64,000 bases of DNA from Felis catus (Eukaryota): NCBI RefSeq assembly GCF_018350175.1, contig NC_058383.1, forward strand, positions 5,210,001 through 5,274,000, read 5' to 3'. The stretch's first letter is position 1, and the number at the start of each line of letters is the position of its first letter. Position numbers and translations under genes: made by a program. The notes below the pieces were generated by a model that searched no databases, was not told the origin of the DNA, and saw nothing but the letters and a program-made list of their open reading frames with translations. Shown in pieces: positions 26,761-39,534 of this stretch.

Positions 26761-28201
26761 CCACTATACATACAAAATGCAAAGTCCACCCTCTGTAACA
26801 TTTGCTGCGGATGCTTCTACTCAGTACCACCACTAGCCCTCTTCACCAGCAATGCGCTTACAGAGTCCTTAGTAGCTGTCAAACAGTCTCGATTCTAAGA
26901 CCTGGTAGTGACGTCATCCCCATCTGACCAGGAAGGAAACAGGGTCTGAACTTAGGCTGCTGGGCATCACTACTGACATTCACAAGTACGCTGTACGTGG
27001 TCTAAAAGGTTTTTGTTTTTCTATTTTCAAGGCTTATAATAAACAGATTACTAGTGATAACCACGTCAAAAGAACTTAGGTGAAGCTCAAAAAACAACTT
27101 ATTTAGGAAAGTTCCCCATCATCCACGTGAAGACTACTTTTTCTGAAGTTGGCCATGTTCTTGGTGCCGCCAGATGCTGAAATGCCTTCGTGGAGGATTC
27201 TCCATTTTAAAAGAGAAATTATTGAGTGTGAGGGTGCACAGGTAGGCTTCAGCTCAGTGGGAATGGAAAGCAAAACGAGGAAAAAAGAAAGGAGTCCCCA
27301 GAGAGTGGGGGAAGAGCTCCCAAAAGGGCATGGCAGGGTGATGGGAGGTAAGGCCTGAGGAGGAGAAAGGAGCCCCAGCAAGTAACGGGAAGCTGGAGTC
27401 CGCGAAAAGAAGTTCTGTGGGAAAGCCTTGCTGGTGAAGGTCTCTAAACTCTATGTGTAACATTCAATTACACTGTTTATTTTGTGACATACATTTTCCT
27501 CCCACCCAAACACCTTCAGCAAATCACCTCACAATATCACATTTACGATGAGGGTGCAAAACGGCATCAAGAGGCACATTATTCTAAGCCAAACGACTAT
27601 CTGAGCAGGACCGAATCTGCTTTCTCTGCCTTTCAAAGCTCCAAATTCACAAGTCTCAGAAGGACCCACTAAAGCGTCAATGTCTCATTTAACCCGGTGA
27701 GTTTTAACAAATGTAACATTTACATTATCTCCTCTCTTTCAAAGAGCTTTATCACCACAGATGATTTTAACTGGCAGAAAACCCCCACAAACCAAAAAAC
27801 CAAAACCAAACAAACAAACACCCCATGGTTGGGTAGAGCCATTTGACAAAATGCAACCATTTTAAAAAATATCTTTAAATTTTAAAACACAGACATCTAC
27901 TTAGGGAACTATGGTTAATTGACAACTTAACCAAAGGCTTGCCCACCCCAAATCTCACCAAGATAAAGTTTATCCTTCAAAAAATGACAAAAGAAACTAC
28001 AAATATTTTAATAATTAAATATAATCTGCGCTGTCACGATACCTAGCGAATCAGGAAAAGGACGCCTGTCAAATAACGTAACTGCCGGCACTCGGGTGGC
28101 AGTCTATCTTGGCAAAAGGAACCCCTCTCTGAAACTACCGACCAACGGACAGCATTTATCCAAGAGCTTCTTGGAGTGTTCCTGTCTCCAAAAAGTAGTA
28201 C

Positions 28202-28442
28202 CTTGATCCTTCTGTGGTGACGGCTTTGATTTATCAGGTACAGATGAACTGGAATAAACTACAGCACCAGGTACTGGTCCTAGAGAAAGCGTGTGGTTTG
28301 AGACATCATTTAACGAAGACACGGCCCCCCAGCTGGCAGAACCTGCATCCATGTCTCCCGGTGAGGCCGCCTCCGAGCTGCCAGGCTGATTCTGATAGGC
28401 TGGTGGGTCTGAGGATTCAGAAGCTTTGTCAACTATGGTCAT
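28202..28442 (-). CDS. USP42: USP42 exon 2, coding part (start codon; whole exon 28202-28451 incl. 9 nt 5'UTR)
   Basis: Encodes [80 protein letters not shown], the recognisable USP42 N-terminus; acceptor ttttgcag|AGTTGAACAATG, donor CAAG|gtacta; 241 nt coding, phase 1. Confidence 0.97.
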
Positions 28443-28980
28443 TGTTCAACTCTGCAAAAGACGAAACGCATACAGTTGTTTCATAAAGTGAGAAAAGGGA
28501 TCTACTTTATTATGAGATCTTAGAAAATTATCCTAGCCACACTTAATTACTGTCAAACAAGTCACCGTAATATAAAGGCAGCGGTATTTTTTAGGTCTGA
28601 AATCACTTCCTTGGGACAGTTAGCACTGTGCTCATCTAAACATGTCAGCATTTTTTAATTGTAAGCCCTTCAACGAAATATTTGATTAGATCTTGTCATT
28701 CTATTCCAAGACCTCTGAAAGTCTCACGTTTCTGTTTATAATCAGGTACCTCAATTTCCAATTCTGTATATTTACCGAGAACCTACATATTTTTCCCTTA
28801 TTGCTTAAAACTAGCATGTGAAATGTGCCAATCCATTTGACTCAATTTTAATTTCATACAGAATTCATCAGGGAAAAATCTCAACTCCATGAAGAGAAAA
28901 ATCTAGCTTTAATTTTGAACTTAAGTCCAAAATGACTTGTTTGAAACACATTTAAAAAAAAAAAAAAAAAGCAAGTCTCA

Positions 28981-29180
28981 CGGCATCTGGGTGGCTCAGT
29001 GAGTTAAGCATCTGACTCTAGATTTTGGCTCAGCTCATGATCTCTCGGTTCCTGAGACTGAGCCCCGCATGGGGTTCTGTGCTGACCGCGCAGAGCGTGC
29101 TTGGGATTCGGTCTTCCTCTCTCTCTGCCCCTCCCTTGCTCACTCATTCTCTCTCTCAAAATAAATAAACTTAAAAGAAA
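28981..29180 (+). mobile_element. Can-SINE
   Basis: TSD aagtctcac. Confidence 0.9.
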
Positions 29181-32100
29181 AAAAGAAGTCTCACATTTGA
29201 AAATTTTTTCTGAGTAGGCTCATTTATTTGGTGTATGTACACGACTTTTTTTAAGTGAAGCCCATAGCATAAAACATTACTGACATCAAACTTGAACACA
29301 AATACTTATTATAAAAGTAATTATGTTTTCTTTCTGGATCTTATTTCTCAGTCCTGGGGCTACTACTAATTAAGCATTTTCTATGTGCTGGACACTGTGT
29401 TAATCATGAACACACATAACTTAAACTTCATAATGGACCTGACCTGTGAGAGACTGCACAGACTCCACGGGGTCTATAAAACGGACCGACTCTGACCCAA
29501 ACTAGTCAGTCCCTGGGACAAGGCACCCGGCCCAACATCCCCGGCTAGGGCTCTCTCCAGCTCTACGGACCTAGTCAACGGACTACAGGAATGTAAACTG
29601 CCCAGGGAAACCCAATCTCGTGTGCCACTCCTCCGTAAGTACCCTTTCTCCCTGGCCTGGCCCGACACCCCCCACCCAGCATCTTAACACCCAGACTTGT
29701 CGCTGCCTGACCCGGGAACCTCTCCACACGCTCCCCACCTTCCATTCTCACCTGCTCTCTCTGGGCTCTCCCTCGCAGTTCTTCCTCGCCTAACTCCCCT
29801 CCATCCTTCCACCTCCGGCCGGTTAACACTTCCACTTTTCAGCTTAGAATCCATCTCCTCTGGGACGCCTTCCTTGACGACACCCGTCCCCCAAGGCCGG
29901 GTCAGCAGCCCTCCCGCAGGCCCCCACGGCAGCCTGGTGCGGATTCTGCGGTAGCGCTTCCGCCCCGACTTACTCCACGGCGGCTCCACCCGTTGCTCCC
30001 CATCATGCTTGCATTTCTACCCCCGACCTGGCACCCAGAACGCTTTCCACACATGTGCCCAACAAACGAATGAATTCCAAGGATAGGAAGGAACCAGCGT
30101 TTGCATTTAGCACCGGTTTGTGCTCAGTGACTTGCATACACTATCTCATTCACATACTATATCTCGTTTCTACTCTGAAGCAGGAATAGCCTTTAAAACG
30201 TGTTTTTAAAAATATTCAATAAAGTTGAAGGATGATAAACATCCACACGTGTGCCACCTCAACAAATGCTGTGGTGCACAGTCTGCTCCCAAGAAGGTTT
30301 AAAGAAAAGCCTCAATTCTATTGTAATTTAAAATTACGGCATAATTATAGCCCCCCAGCCCCGAAAGCACAACCTTGAGAAATTTTGGGGATCTTATGTA
30401 GAAATAAAAAAGTAGACGTTCGATTAGATCTTAATAAAATCAGAAATGAATTGTAAGTCAATCTAAGATACAGGATCTTCATTCAGGAGGAAAGCTTGAG
30501 CTGTGTTATCCAAATAAAGTCTCCTCCATGGAACACAGTGAAGGCAAGAGTAAGAAAACAAAAGAAGAGGAAGAGGAGGAGCAAAAAGAAGAAAGCCAAA
30601 AGAGTACTGAGGAAAGGTTAATTCAGCCTTATTTACAATAACATTTAATAGCAAAAACCTCGGTTTTCCCAGGATAAACATCCCTTCAGGACAATCATTA
30701 ACAAATGACCAAATAAAGCCATTTTACTTGCTCTGATTGCCATGGGGGAGGGGGGTGTCTTAAATGAAAATAATTAAGGAAAGCCTACTACTCAATCATC
30801 AATAACCATTTACCATTATAATTTGGGGAAAACAAACCCAAACTATCCATTTGTCTTCATTTGTATATTCAGCCAATGATTACTTATTCTAAAACCATCA
30901 AGTATCAAACTCAATTATGTCTGCTACAGAGATAACCCTTCTAGAAGCCAAGCAATACTGTATACAACCTAAGACTCATAAGATTCATACGGTTATGTGT
31001 TCTTTACTCTCAGTACAGCTTCTAAGAGTCACTGTTCTATCAGGACTTTTAAGCAACTACTTCAAAGAAAAGTTAAAATTTCTCTCAGCATCTTGTGATG
31101 ATATACAAAAAAGTTACAAAACCATGTGTGAAATAAACAACTACACGAATCAAGGTTGGATGTGCCCGGAGGAATGAGACAACAAATCGGCTTTACAAAT
31201 GTTTCCTTTGCTTTAACTACAATCTTTTATTCAGAAGTTTTTAAATGCTCAGTCCCTTAAATGATATTTCTATCAAATACCAGAATGCATTATTCTTTCT
31301 CCTTTTAAAAATAAGCATATGGCTGTCTTAAACCTTGTAGCACTCCACATAAAGGTAACAATATCAATATACGTAAAAAAAAAAAAAAAAAAAAACAAGA
31401 AAGAAAGAAACTGATACACTCTGCTTCTTCATAAACAATGTAATCCACGTTCTTGTAACATTTCTACTTAAGAGGAAAACACACAAGCTTTAAAAAGATA
31501 ACAGCCTTGATTTCAATTACTTTTCAGTAAATGAAACGACTAGCCTTAAACCCTTACAAACCACTGTGGACTTGATTCAGTGATAAGAAAAGAAAGCGAA
31601 ACTGACCTTAAATAAAAAACAAATCAGTAAAACTGATTATTCCTATCTCCTATGCACTTTGAATGAGTGATAGTCAAAAGAGTAAAATTATAGGTTCAAA
31701 ATTTACAACTAAAAAACCCGGAGACTCCACGAAAATGCACGAGAACCTGTAATACTGCTGTTACCTTGAAAAAGAGGTGTTAACGAAACAGTTTCTCGAC
31801 CAGCTTTACTGTTACCTGAGTGTATCCACTTTAAATAACCAACATGTTTCCCCATTAAACAAGTAAACCCTGAGGCCTCCCTGAACAGAAAAGAGCTATT
31901 CAACAAAAGTGATGTCTACTGCATTCATTATAACAAGGTGAAAGTCCTAGATTGTAAAACTTCGGTCCCGTCAAATTTTCATCTCAAACATCTGAAACTG
32001 ATCACCCTCTCCCGCGACCCCCTCCAGGTAACCTGGCTCTTCTTGCCCCGAAAATAAAGAACAGGACCGAGGCGCACACGCTTTTGGGGACGCGCCGCCG

Positions 32101-32516
32101 GGGCCGGCCGGCCCCTCCTCTCCGCCCCCCCCCTCCGCCTCCCCCGAGGGTGCCCGCTCCGCCCCGGCGGCCGGCGTGGGGAACTCGGACACTCGGTGGC
32201 GGAGCCAGGTGGACGGCCCCGCGAGGGGCGACCGGCGTGCCGCGAAGGGGCGCCGGGGTGGGAAAGTTTGTCTGTCTCTGGGGGGTGGAGTGGGGGTGGG
32301 GAGGCGAGCCCGGGGCTCCGAGGGCCGCTCGGGGGCGGGAGGTGGCAGCCACGCGGGGGGCGGCGGGCGGGCCGGGGACGCCGGGCTCCGCGGCCGGCGG
32401 CCGGCACACGCCCACCGCGGGCGGACCCGTGCGGGCCAGGCCGCCCCGGAGCCGCCCGCCCGGCCCGGCCCACGGGCCGAGGGGGCGGGCTGGGGCCGGG
32501 TGGGGGCGGGAGGGCA

Positions 32517-32530
32517 GTGTCCATAGCAAC
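32517..32530. promoter_or_regulatory. RFX X-box-like site in intron 1
   Basis: GTGTCCATAGCAAC versus consensus GTTGCCATGGCAAC. Confidence 0.5.
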
Positions 32531-32820
32531 CAGGGGGGTCTGGCCTCCCCGCGCAGCCCGGCTCTCCCGGCGCCCGACCGCCCCGGCCGCCGCCCCCTCC
32601 CCAGCGGCCTGGCCCGGCCGGCACAAGCGGCGCTGCCACCGGCGCCGCGGGGTCCCGGGCGGCCCGCGGCTGCGGAGGGGGCGGCGGGCGAGGGGCCGCG
32701 CCAGTCCCCGGCGGGCCGCGCCGGCTCAGGGGCGGCCGGGCCAGCTGCGGCCGAGGCGAGCGGGGCGCTCGGCGGGCCCCACGCCGGCCAGCGGCGGGCG
32801 GGAAGGAGGCGGGAGCTTAC

Positions 32821-32930
32821 CTGACCCGGCTCGGCTCTCGCTCCATCCCCCTCGGCCGCCGCCGCCGCCGCCGCCGCACACAGCCCAGCCGCCCGGCGGG
32901 GGACAATGACGTGCCTCCATCCGGGCACCG
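32821..32930 (-). other. USP42: USP42 non-coding exon 1 (5' end approximate)
   Basis: Strong donor CAG|gtaagc (GT at 32819-32820) inside the CpG island upstream of exon 2; contains (GGC)7; TSS not determinable from sequence. Confidence 0.8.
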
Positions 32931-32977
32931 CCGCCGCCGCCTCCGGGTCAGCGCCGCGCCCGCAGCGCCCCGCCGGG

Positions 32978-32991
32978 CCGCCAGGGGGCGC
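32978..32991 (+). promoter_or_regulatory. CTCF core motif
   Basis: CCGCCAGGGGGCGC versus consensus CCACCAGGGGGCGC. Confidence 0.6.
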
Positions 32992-35130
32992 GCCAGGGCC
33001 GCGCCCGCACGCGCCGCCGCCCAGGGGCCGTCGCACAAGAGGCGCGGCGCGCAGCTAACGGGCCGGGCAAGCGCGGGAGGGGCCGTCGTCAAAGCGCCGC
33101 GGGCGCAGGCTGGCGCGCGCGTCACTGGAGCGCCGGGGCGCCGCGGAAGGGGCGCGCTGATTGGCCGAGCCAAGCCGCGCGGCGCGGGCCAGGGCGGTCC
33201 TTCCCCCCGAGCCATCGGCGGGAGCGGATCGAGCGGCGCGCGGCGGCCGCGGGCCCGAGCCAGGCTCTGGCTGCGCCTGGGCCCGTCCGGCCTAAGCGGG
33301 GACGCGGCGGACCTGGGCGCCCCCCAAACGGACGTGGCTCGGGGAGAGCCTCTCGCGCGCGCCGCGCCGCTACCCCTGCGGCACCCGTCCCTCGGCCTAG
33401 CGACCCAGCATTTAAGGACGCCGGAGCCAGCCGGGCGCCAGCTCGCAGACTTCATAAACTGCGTGACCGGGAGGGGAGAGTTTGAAACCTGGCTCCGGAA
33501 AAGGCCAGGCCCCTGCCCAGCCCGTCTGGACTGCGCCTCATCCAAGCACTGCACACTCCTTGGGGCAACTAGACCAGGTCTTGCTCCCCAGTGCCGGATC
33601 CATACTCCCCACCACTTACTGGATGTCTCCACGGCGAGAACTAATTAATTCAGCGCTGCAGCGCGCCTCTCCTTCGCGTCCCCGCTCCTCCCTGATGGTC
33701 CTGGGAGGACCTTCTCTGCTTTAAGGACCAGGCACTCCTACACTAACCTGAGTCCTTCCCAAGGCCTAACTAACCCCTAACACCAGGCCCCACCCGCCCC
33801 ACCTACCCTGGGACTGTGACCCGGACCCTCCCGGAGGCTACCTCCTCGCCACGCCCATTCCCTCAGTCTCCTTTCTGCTCCCCTCCTAGTCTTTACTCTC
33901 TTTTCAACCGTTATTTTTCTGTGACCTCCGTGATCATCCTTGGTCTTGCAAAAACCCAGGTCAGACGTTGCTTCTGCCTCTTCTCGACCCACAGAACAGT
34001 CTAAACTCCTTCACCTGACACTGAAGCCCCGGTGGCCTTTCCTCTTGTGTGTGTCCCAGCCCGAAGAGACATCTTCCTACAAACACCCTATTCCTACATC
34101 TGCTTCTAGAAGCCCTGCTTGAACCCCCATCAGAATCTTACTGCTCCCCCTACAGACCACACATATTTTTATGGGGGCGCTTAATTCACTATTGTTACGG
34201 AAAGAAATCACTTGTGTGATTACAGTATCACCTGTGTGCTTGGAACAGCACACTGAAGTCGTTTGAGGACACAAAAAGGGGAAAGGTGAATTCCAAACCT
34301 CCAAAATTCAGTGCCCACTTTTGGGATTAACACCGCAACTTCCTGATGGAGGATGGTTATGGAATTTCACCTTCGTGGCCCTTTCAACACTAATAAGAGG
34401 TCTGCAAGAGCAGGAGGGCCATAGGCATGGACGCAGTAATTTACTTGCCTTCCCCAAATGACTTTCAGATGATTAAATACAGAAGGAGAAGGAATTAAAG
34501 AGCCAGATCCTTAATATTCACCTAAGTCTTGCGGTAGTTCAAACTGCTACCCTTGGAAGTCACGGGAGACGTTTGCCTTCTAATTTCATTTTCCGTTTTG
34601 CATTCCGTTGACGAGCTGCCCCACAGCCCTCCTCTTAATACAGTACCTGAGCAACTTAGATAGGAAAGGGGGCTTTTTACAACACCACCGCTTAGCGTTC
34701 TCTACCAGACAGGCTCTTGTGGGCGGGGTTACTGACCCCTCTCCACCCTCCTCTGTGCCTTGAAAGCAGAGGGCTTTTTCCTCCAAAGAGTTTGAGTCCC
34801 GATTATTATAACAGACTGACAACGTAAGTGGAGAGGTTGCAAGGGATATTAGGAAGTCCATGAGCTGGTCTTTAACTGAGATAATAAGCCAAACTGCCCC
34901 AGAAACTTGTTTTCTTCCACAAAGTGAGCGCTATCTGGAGATTTCACTTTGCCTCAGTGCTGACAAACTGTGTGACCTACAGAGATTACTTAGCCTGTTG
35001 CCTTTATCAAATCTGCCTTTATGCTGGAGGCAAACTCACCCCAAATGCCCCACCTCCCAATTCAGATAAAGAACAGAAAGTGTCCCAGTGATACATTAGA
35101 TTTTGCGAGAACCTCCAGACACTTAGGGAG

Positions 35131-35566
35131 CCTATAGCGGGTGCTGTAAATGCCCCACCAGATCCCCTTTATCAGATCCGCTGATGCACCCCTTACCCTC
35201 CCAGCTGCTGAGTGTCAGCTGCTAATAAGTCACAGCTGCCCCTCCTCTCACCAGCTGTTCCTGGCTGAAGGGGGAGCTGCCTCATGGGGAAGCTGACTCT
35301 GCCTCCCACCACCACCCCCCCCCCCCCACCTTGCAGCCGACACCGGTGGCCTACTGACAAACAGGTCCTGAAAGGCCTTGCCTCAAGTTGTGACCCAACT
35401 AGCGGTGCAGCGCAGGCTCCGGAGGTCCAGTCGGATCAGAAAGAAGTTCGTCTTCCACTACATCCCTGCTTGACTCCTTCCCTGCCGTCTTCCTTCCCTT
35501 TCCCTCCAGGGCACACCCTTCATATGGTACGTGCATCTGAATTCTGCTTCAAGCCTGGCTTAAGAC
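35131..35566 (+). mobile_element. LTR16-family LTR (ERVL)
   Basis: tagcgggtgctgtaaatgccccaccagatcccc...ccagctgctgagtgtcagctgct...taagac resembles LTR16. Confidence 0.75.
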
Positions 35567-37815
35567 GGCAGGTACCAGGAAAGGTCCCAGGAAGCAGAGT
35601 CCAAGGATAAGATTCCAGGCGACAGGTGAGACACTGGTCGCCATGAAGCTGTATAAAAATCCCACCCAGGGGAAGATGGGATGGGAGGTGGATAGAAGGG
35701 CATAGGCTGGCCTATTCAATCTCCCTGGTGTTTGGGAACGTGGGGAAAATAGTCATTGAAAGAACCGTGAAATTCGATGACTGGTCCTTTAAAGAAGGAG
35801 CATGGCAGGTCCTGGGCAGTTAGTCATCAGTATAAAGCAAAGCATAAAAGCCAGAGAGATGGTTTAATGCCTTGTCGCAGCCATCATCTGCAGTCAGAGG
35901 ACAGGCAGTCCTGAGGACCGGGCCCAGGGGTCCACTTAGAAGAAGCAGAACTTTAAAGTGATGGACTCGAAGGGGCGCCTGGGTGGCTCAGTTGGTTAAG
36001 CGTCCGAATCTTGATTTTGGTTCAGGTCGTGATTTCTCGGTTTCGTAAGTTTGAGCCCTGCTTCCGGTTCTGCACAAGCATCATGGAGCCTGCTTGGGTT
36101 CTCTCTCTCTCTGCCCCTTCCCCACTCACACAGTCTCTGTCTCTCTCAAAATAAATAATTGAAACTTTAAAATTAAAAAAAAGAAAGAAGTGATTGACTT
36201 CTCAGCCATGGTCGGTCTCCAACACCAAAGTCAGGGCTCAGATAAAGAAGAGGTAGAACACCAAGACTAGGGACGGTAAGTTAACCACAATGAACTTCAG
36301 ATTGCTCTGAACCCTTTGGGCTTTCAGAAGCGGCCCAGCCCAGCCCCCCAAACTAAAGACGAGGCAGAAGCCTCAAATGAGACAAGTACTCTACAATACA
36401 GTGCTTTCTTTAGGATCTGCCCACAGGCCCCATGGCCACCAGACCGTCACTAAGGTTAGGTCTCAGTATGGCCCGATTGGATAAATGTTAGGCCTACCTA
36501 GGGAGGAGAGGAATGATACATTGAAGTAGCCAGGGCCTGGCTGATATATACCAGCAGGACCGTAAGTAATCCTGTAAATGGATCTCAAGGGGCTCGATCA
36601 AGAGGAGGGGAGTGGTAATAAGGGATATAGAGGCACCCTCCCACAATACTGATCTAACACTTTGTCAAGGGCCTCCAGTGGCCAGTACTGATACACTGTA
36701 TGCATAGTACTTGGCAAAAAGAAGTGAGCCACACTAAGTCATGACACACCAAGAGTTCCGTGGAAGATAGTGGAAGAAGGGCTCAATAGGCCGAGGGAGT
36801 GGCCTATCAATGCACATCGGAGAGTGGATACTACCAACTGACTATCCTACGAGCTGAAAAGGCCTGGGGGGGCACTTGGCTTAACAAGGCCAAGGGGGTG
36901 GGGGCACCGTCAGCTTGAAGAAACTCAGTGGTGGCTATCATCTGTAGGCCAGAGGAGGGATAGGATCCTAGAATGACAGAGGCTGAATGGCAGCACTTAC
37001 CCCTCAGAATCGAGGTGGGCATGAGTGGGCAGCAGGATCAGAGTGGCAGATACGAGCATCTGACTCGCAGGGATCCACGGAGGAGGCTAACAGATCATGG
37101 GGCAAGGTAGATGGGCAGTCAACAAAGACATACTACCTACAATCAAAGGATACATATATGTAAAATCTGGATGTGCAGAAGGCTGAGGTCACCTGACTTT
37201 CCCAGTGGAAAGTCAAAATCACCATTTGATAAAAGAGAAGCCAGATCCATAGAAGTGTATGCAATAGTGATTCTCCAAATCCTTCACCAAAGAAGGATTT
37301 AATTGGGTTTAAAGGATTAATTGGCCATTTAACTGGGTAACCATACACTAGGAGAGAGGAATACCTGGATATTTCTAAGCTGTTGGTTTAGAGAGACAAT
37401 GAGGACAGATGGGAACCCAAAGCACCCCCAAAGCTCCTTTTTTGCTAAGAGAGTAGTAACATGTGGGGACAAGACACACATTGGATCTGTGGGCCCCAGA
37501 GGTCATTTCCCAAGTTTCCAAACTTAACATCCGAGTGGTCATACTTCCAGGTTGACAGAACCCTCACATTGGTTCTTTGACCTGTAGAGTATGAGCCAGT
37601 CTAGCAGAAAAAGCAAGGTGGAAGCCTTCACCCTCTCTTTGCCCTCTCTGGCCAAAAGAATAACTCTTCAGGGAATGGCCGAGAATATTAGTGCTGTACC
37701 TTATGGATATAAAGGCTGCAGGGCTATTGGTCTTTGTCACATGCCCATTTAACTCACCAGTCTGGCCCCTGAAAAAAACTGGATGAGTCAGGGAGGATGA
37801 CAATCGACCACTGCG
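35567..37815 (+). mobile_element. ERVL internal remnant (ERV3-16A3-like gag/pol), with a SINE at 35972-36185
   Basis: ggtaccaggaaaggtcccaggaagcagagtcc follows the LTR; RT-like PFNSPVWPLKK at ~37745-37777. Confidence 0.72.
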
Positions 37816-38838
37816 AGTGTAACTATCAAGGACTCATCTAGCACCAACTTAATTCCACCACCCAGGCCGCCCTGTCCCTGGGAACTCCACACCCACAATA
37901 GAATGGAGAACTTAGAATCTCTCAATCTTTGCCCTACACCCCTCGGAACAAACAAAACCAGGCCCTTTACCTCTTACGGCTTTTACTCACCATCACTATG
38001 AACAAAGAGGAAATAAGATAAACATGAAAAAAATGGAGTAGTCATAAAGCACATTCAAAAGAAGTACCTACAGTATTTTGACACAAAAAGAAGAAAAGAA
38101 AGAGTGCTCAGATGACACCATCAATAGACTTGTCCCTGCAGCCTGGGCTGAGATACAGTCATCACAGAGTGCCGTTTGGGGACAGACAGACTAGATATAA
38201 ATTCCGGCTCCAGCTTTTATTTATTAGTTGAGTTCTTTGGTCTTGCTTTGGACTCTCGTGAAATGAAAGGCTTGTTTAACTTATCAAAGCCGACTTTATC
38301 CTAATGGATAATTAACACCCCCTCCCCCCAACCCAACATAAGACATTAAAGCCCAAAAGTTTTCAAGAAAAGATACATTTGACTTTCTGAGGACCACAGT
38401 CTCCTATGAAGGAAATCTGAGACTATGACTCAACAAATCTTAGACCAGGTTTATTTTGAGGTTAATAGATCCCAAGTCACTCCTTTATGTATTGCCAAAA
38501 TATTAATTTAGAACCCAGAATAAACCATGCACTGGAGATACTGTATCTACTTTCCGGAGGCCATTCTGTTTAGAATACAGAGTTATACATAATTAGTTAC
38601 TCCACATTGTGACAATGCTCTAAGTTAAGAAGGTAAAGTTTAGAGGCATTGGGAATAACCCTCCCAGTAGATGACATTCAGGAAAAATTTTATGAAGGTG
38701 GTGACACTGAAAATGGGTCCTTGAGGGTTGAATAGAACTTTTTACAGGCAAAAAAGGGATAGGAAAAGGATGCCAGGATTTGAGGAGCAAATACTATTTG
38801 GGAGCAAAGTCTGTCCCCCCTTAGATCTGTTGCCCTTA

Positions 38839-39045
38839 GGGGCGCCTGGGTGGCTCAGTCAGTTGAGCATCCCACTTCGGATCAGGTCATGATCTCACAG
38901 TTCATGGGTTTGAGCCCTGCATCGGGCTCTGTGCTGACAGCTCAGAGCCTGGAGCCTGCTTTGGATTCTGTGTCACCCCCCCCCCCCCGCCTCTCCCTCT
39001 CCCCAACTCTCTCTCTCTATCTCTAAATAAATGTAAAAAAAAAAA
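38839..39045 (+). mobile_element. SINEC_Fc
   Basis: TSD tctgttg(c/a)cctt. Confidence 0.92.
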
Positions 39046-39534
39046 TTTAAGAACTCTGTTGACCTTGGAAATGTGCACAAATGAACACTGATAATACAGT
39101 TGATAGCAAGGAGAAGGTTCAATGTGTAACTTGATTCAGCAGACCAGGGGTTTCAAAGGAGAAACTGAGTGGTCTAATCAGGTCTAACTGGCTGGTTGAG
39201 GCTATAAGGAAAAATCTCACTTCCTAGATTCACAATGGAAATAAACACCTGTCCAATTCATGAACATGAATGCATGTTATCCTAAACAATGATTAAACAC
39301 AGTCCTGGAAGTTTGCGCCCCACCCAAAAAAAACCCACAAGATATTTCAATCAGAATGGAGAAGACGTATCTTCATTTGTATACCGCAACTTGAAAAAAA
39401 GAAAATATGTGAGCCCCCTGAAGAGTTTTCAGAAAAGTGGCTGATTAAAACATGAATATAAAAAAAATCAATTGAATGTGAATTTACTTAATGCCATGGA
39501 ATTGTACACTTGAAAATGGTTACAATGATGAACA

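Larger units (their letters stand above)
32060..33480. promoter_or_regulatory. CpG island / USP42 proximal promoter
   Basis: Very high GC and CpG density, GC boxes, CCAAT box (CTGATTGGCC at 33157-33166), no TATA box. Confidence 0.93.

Noticed and set aside
31971..33648. Long ORFs (200-344 aa) on both strands
   Set aside because: Ala/Gly/Pro/Arg-rich by-products of stop-poor CpG-island DNA, open in many frames at once
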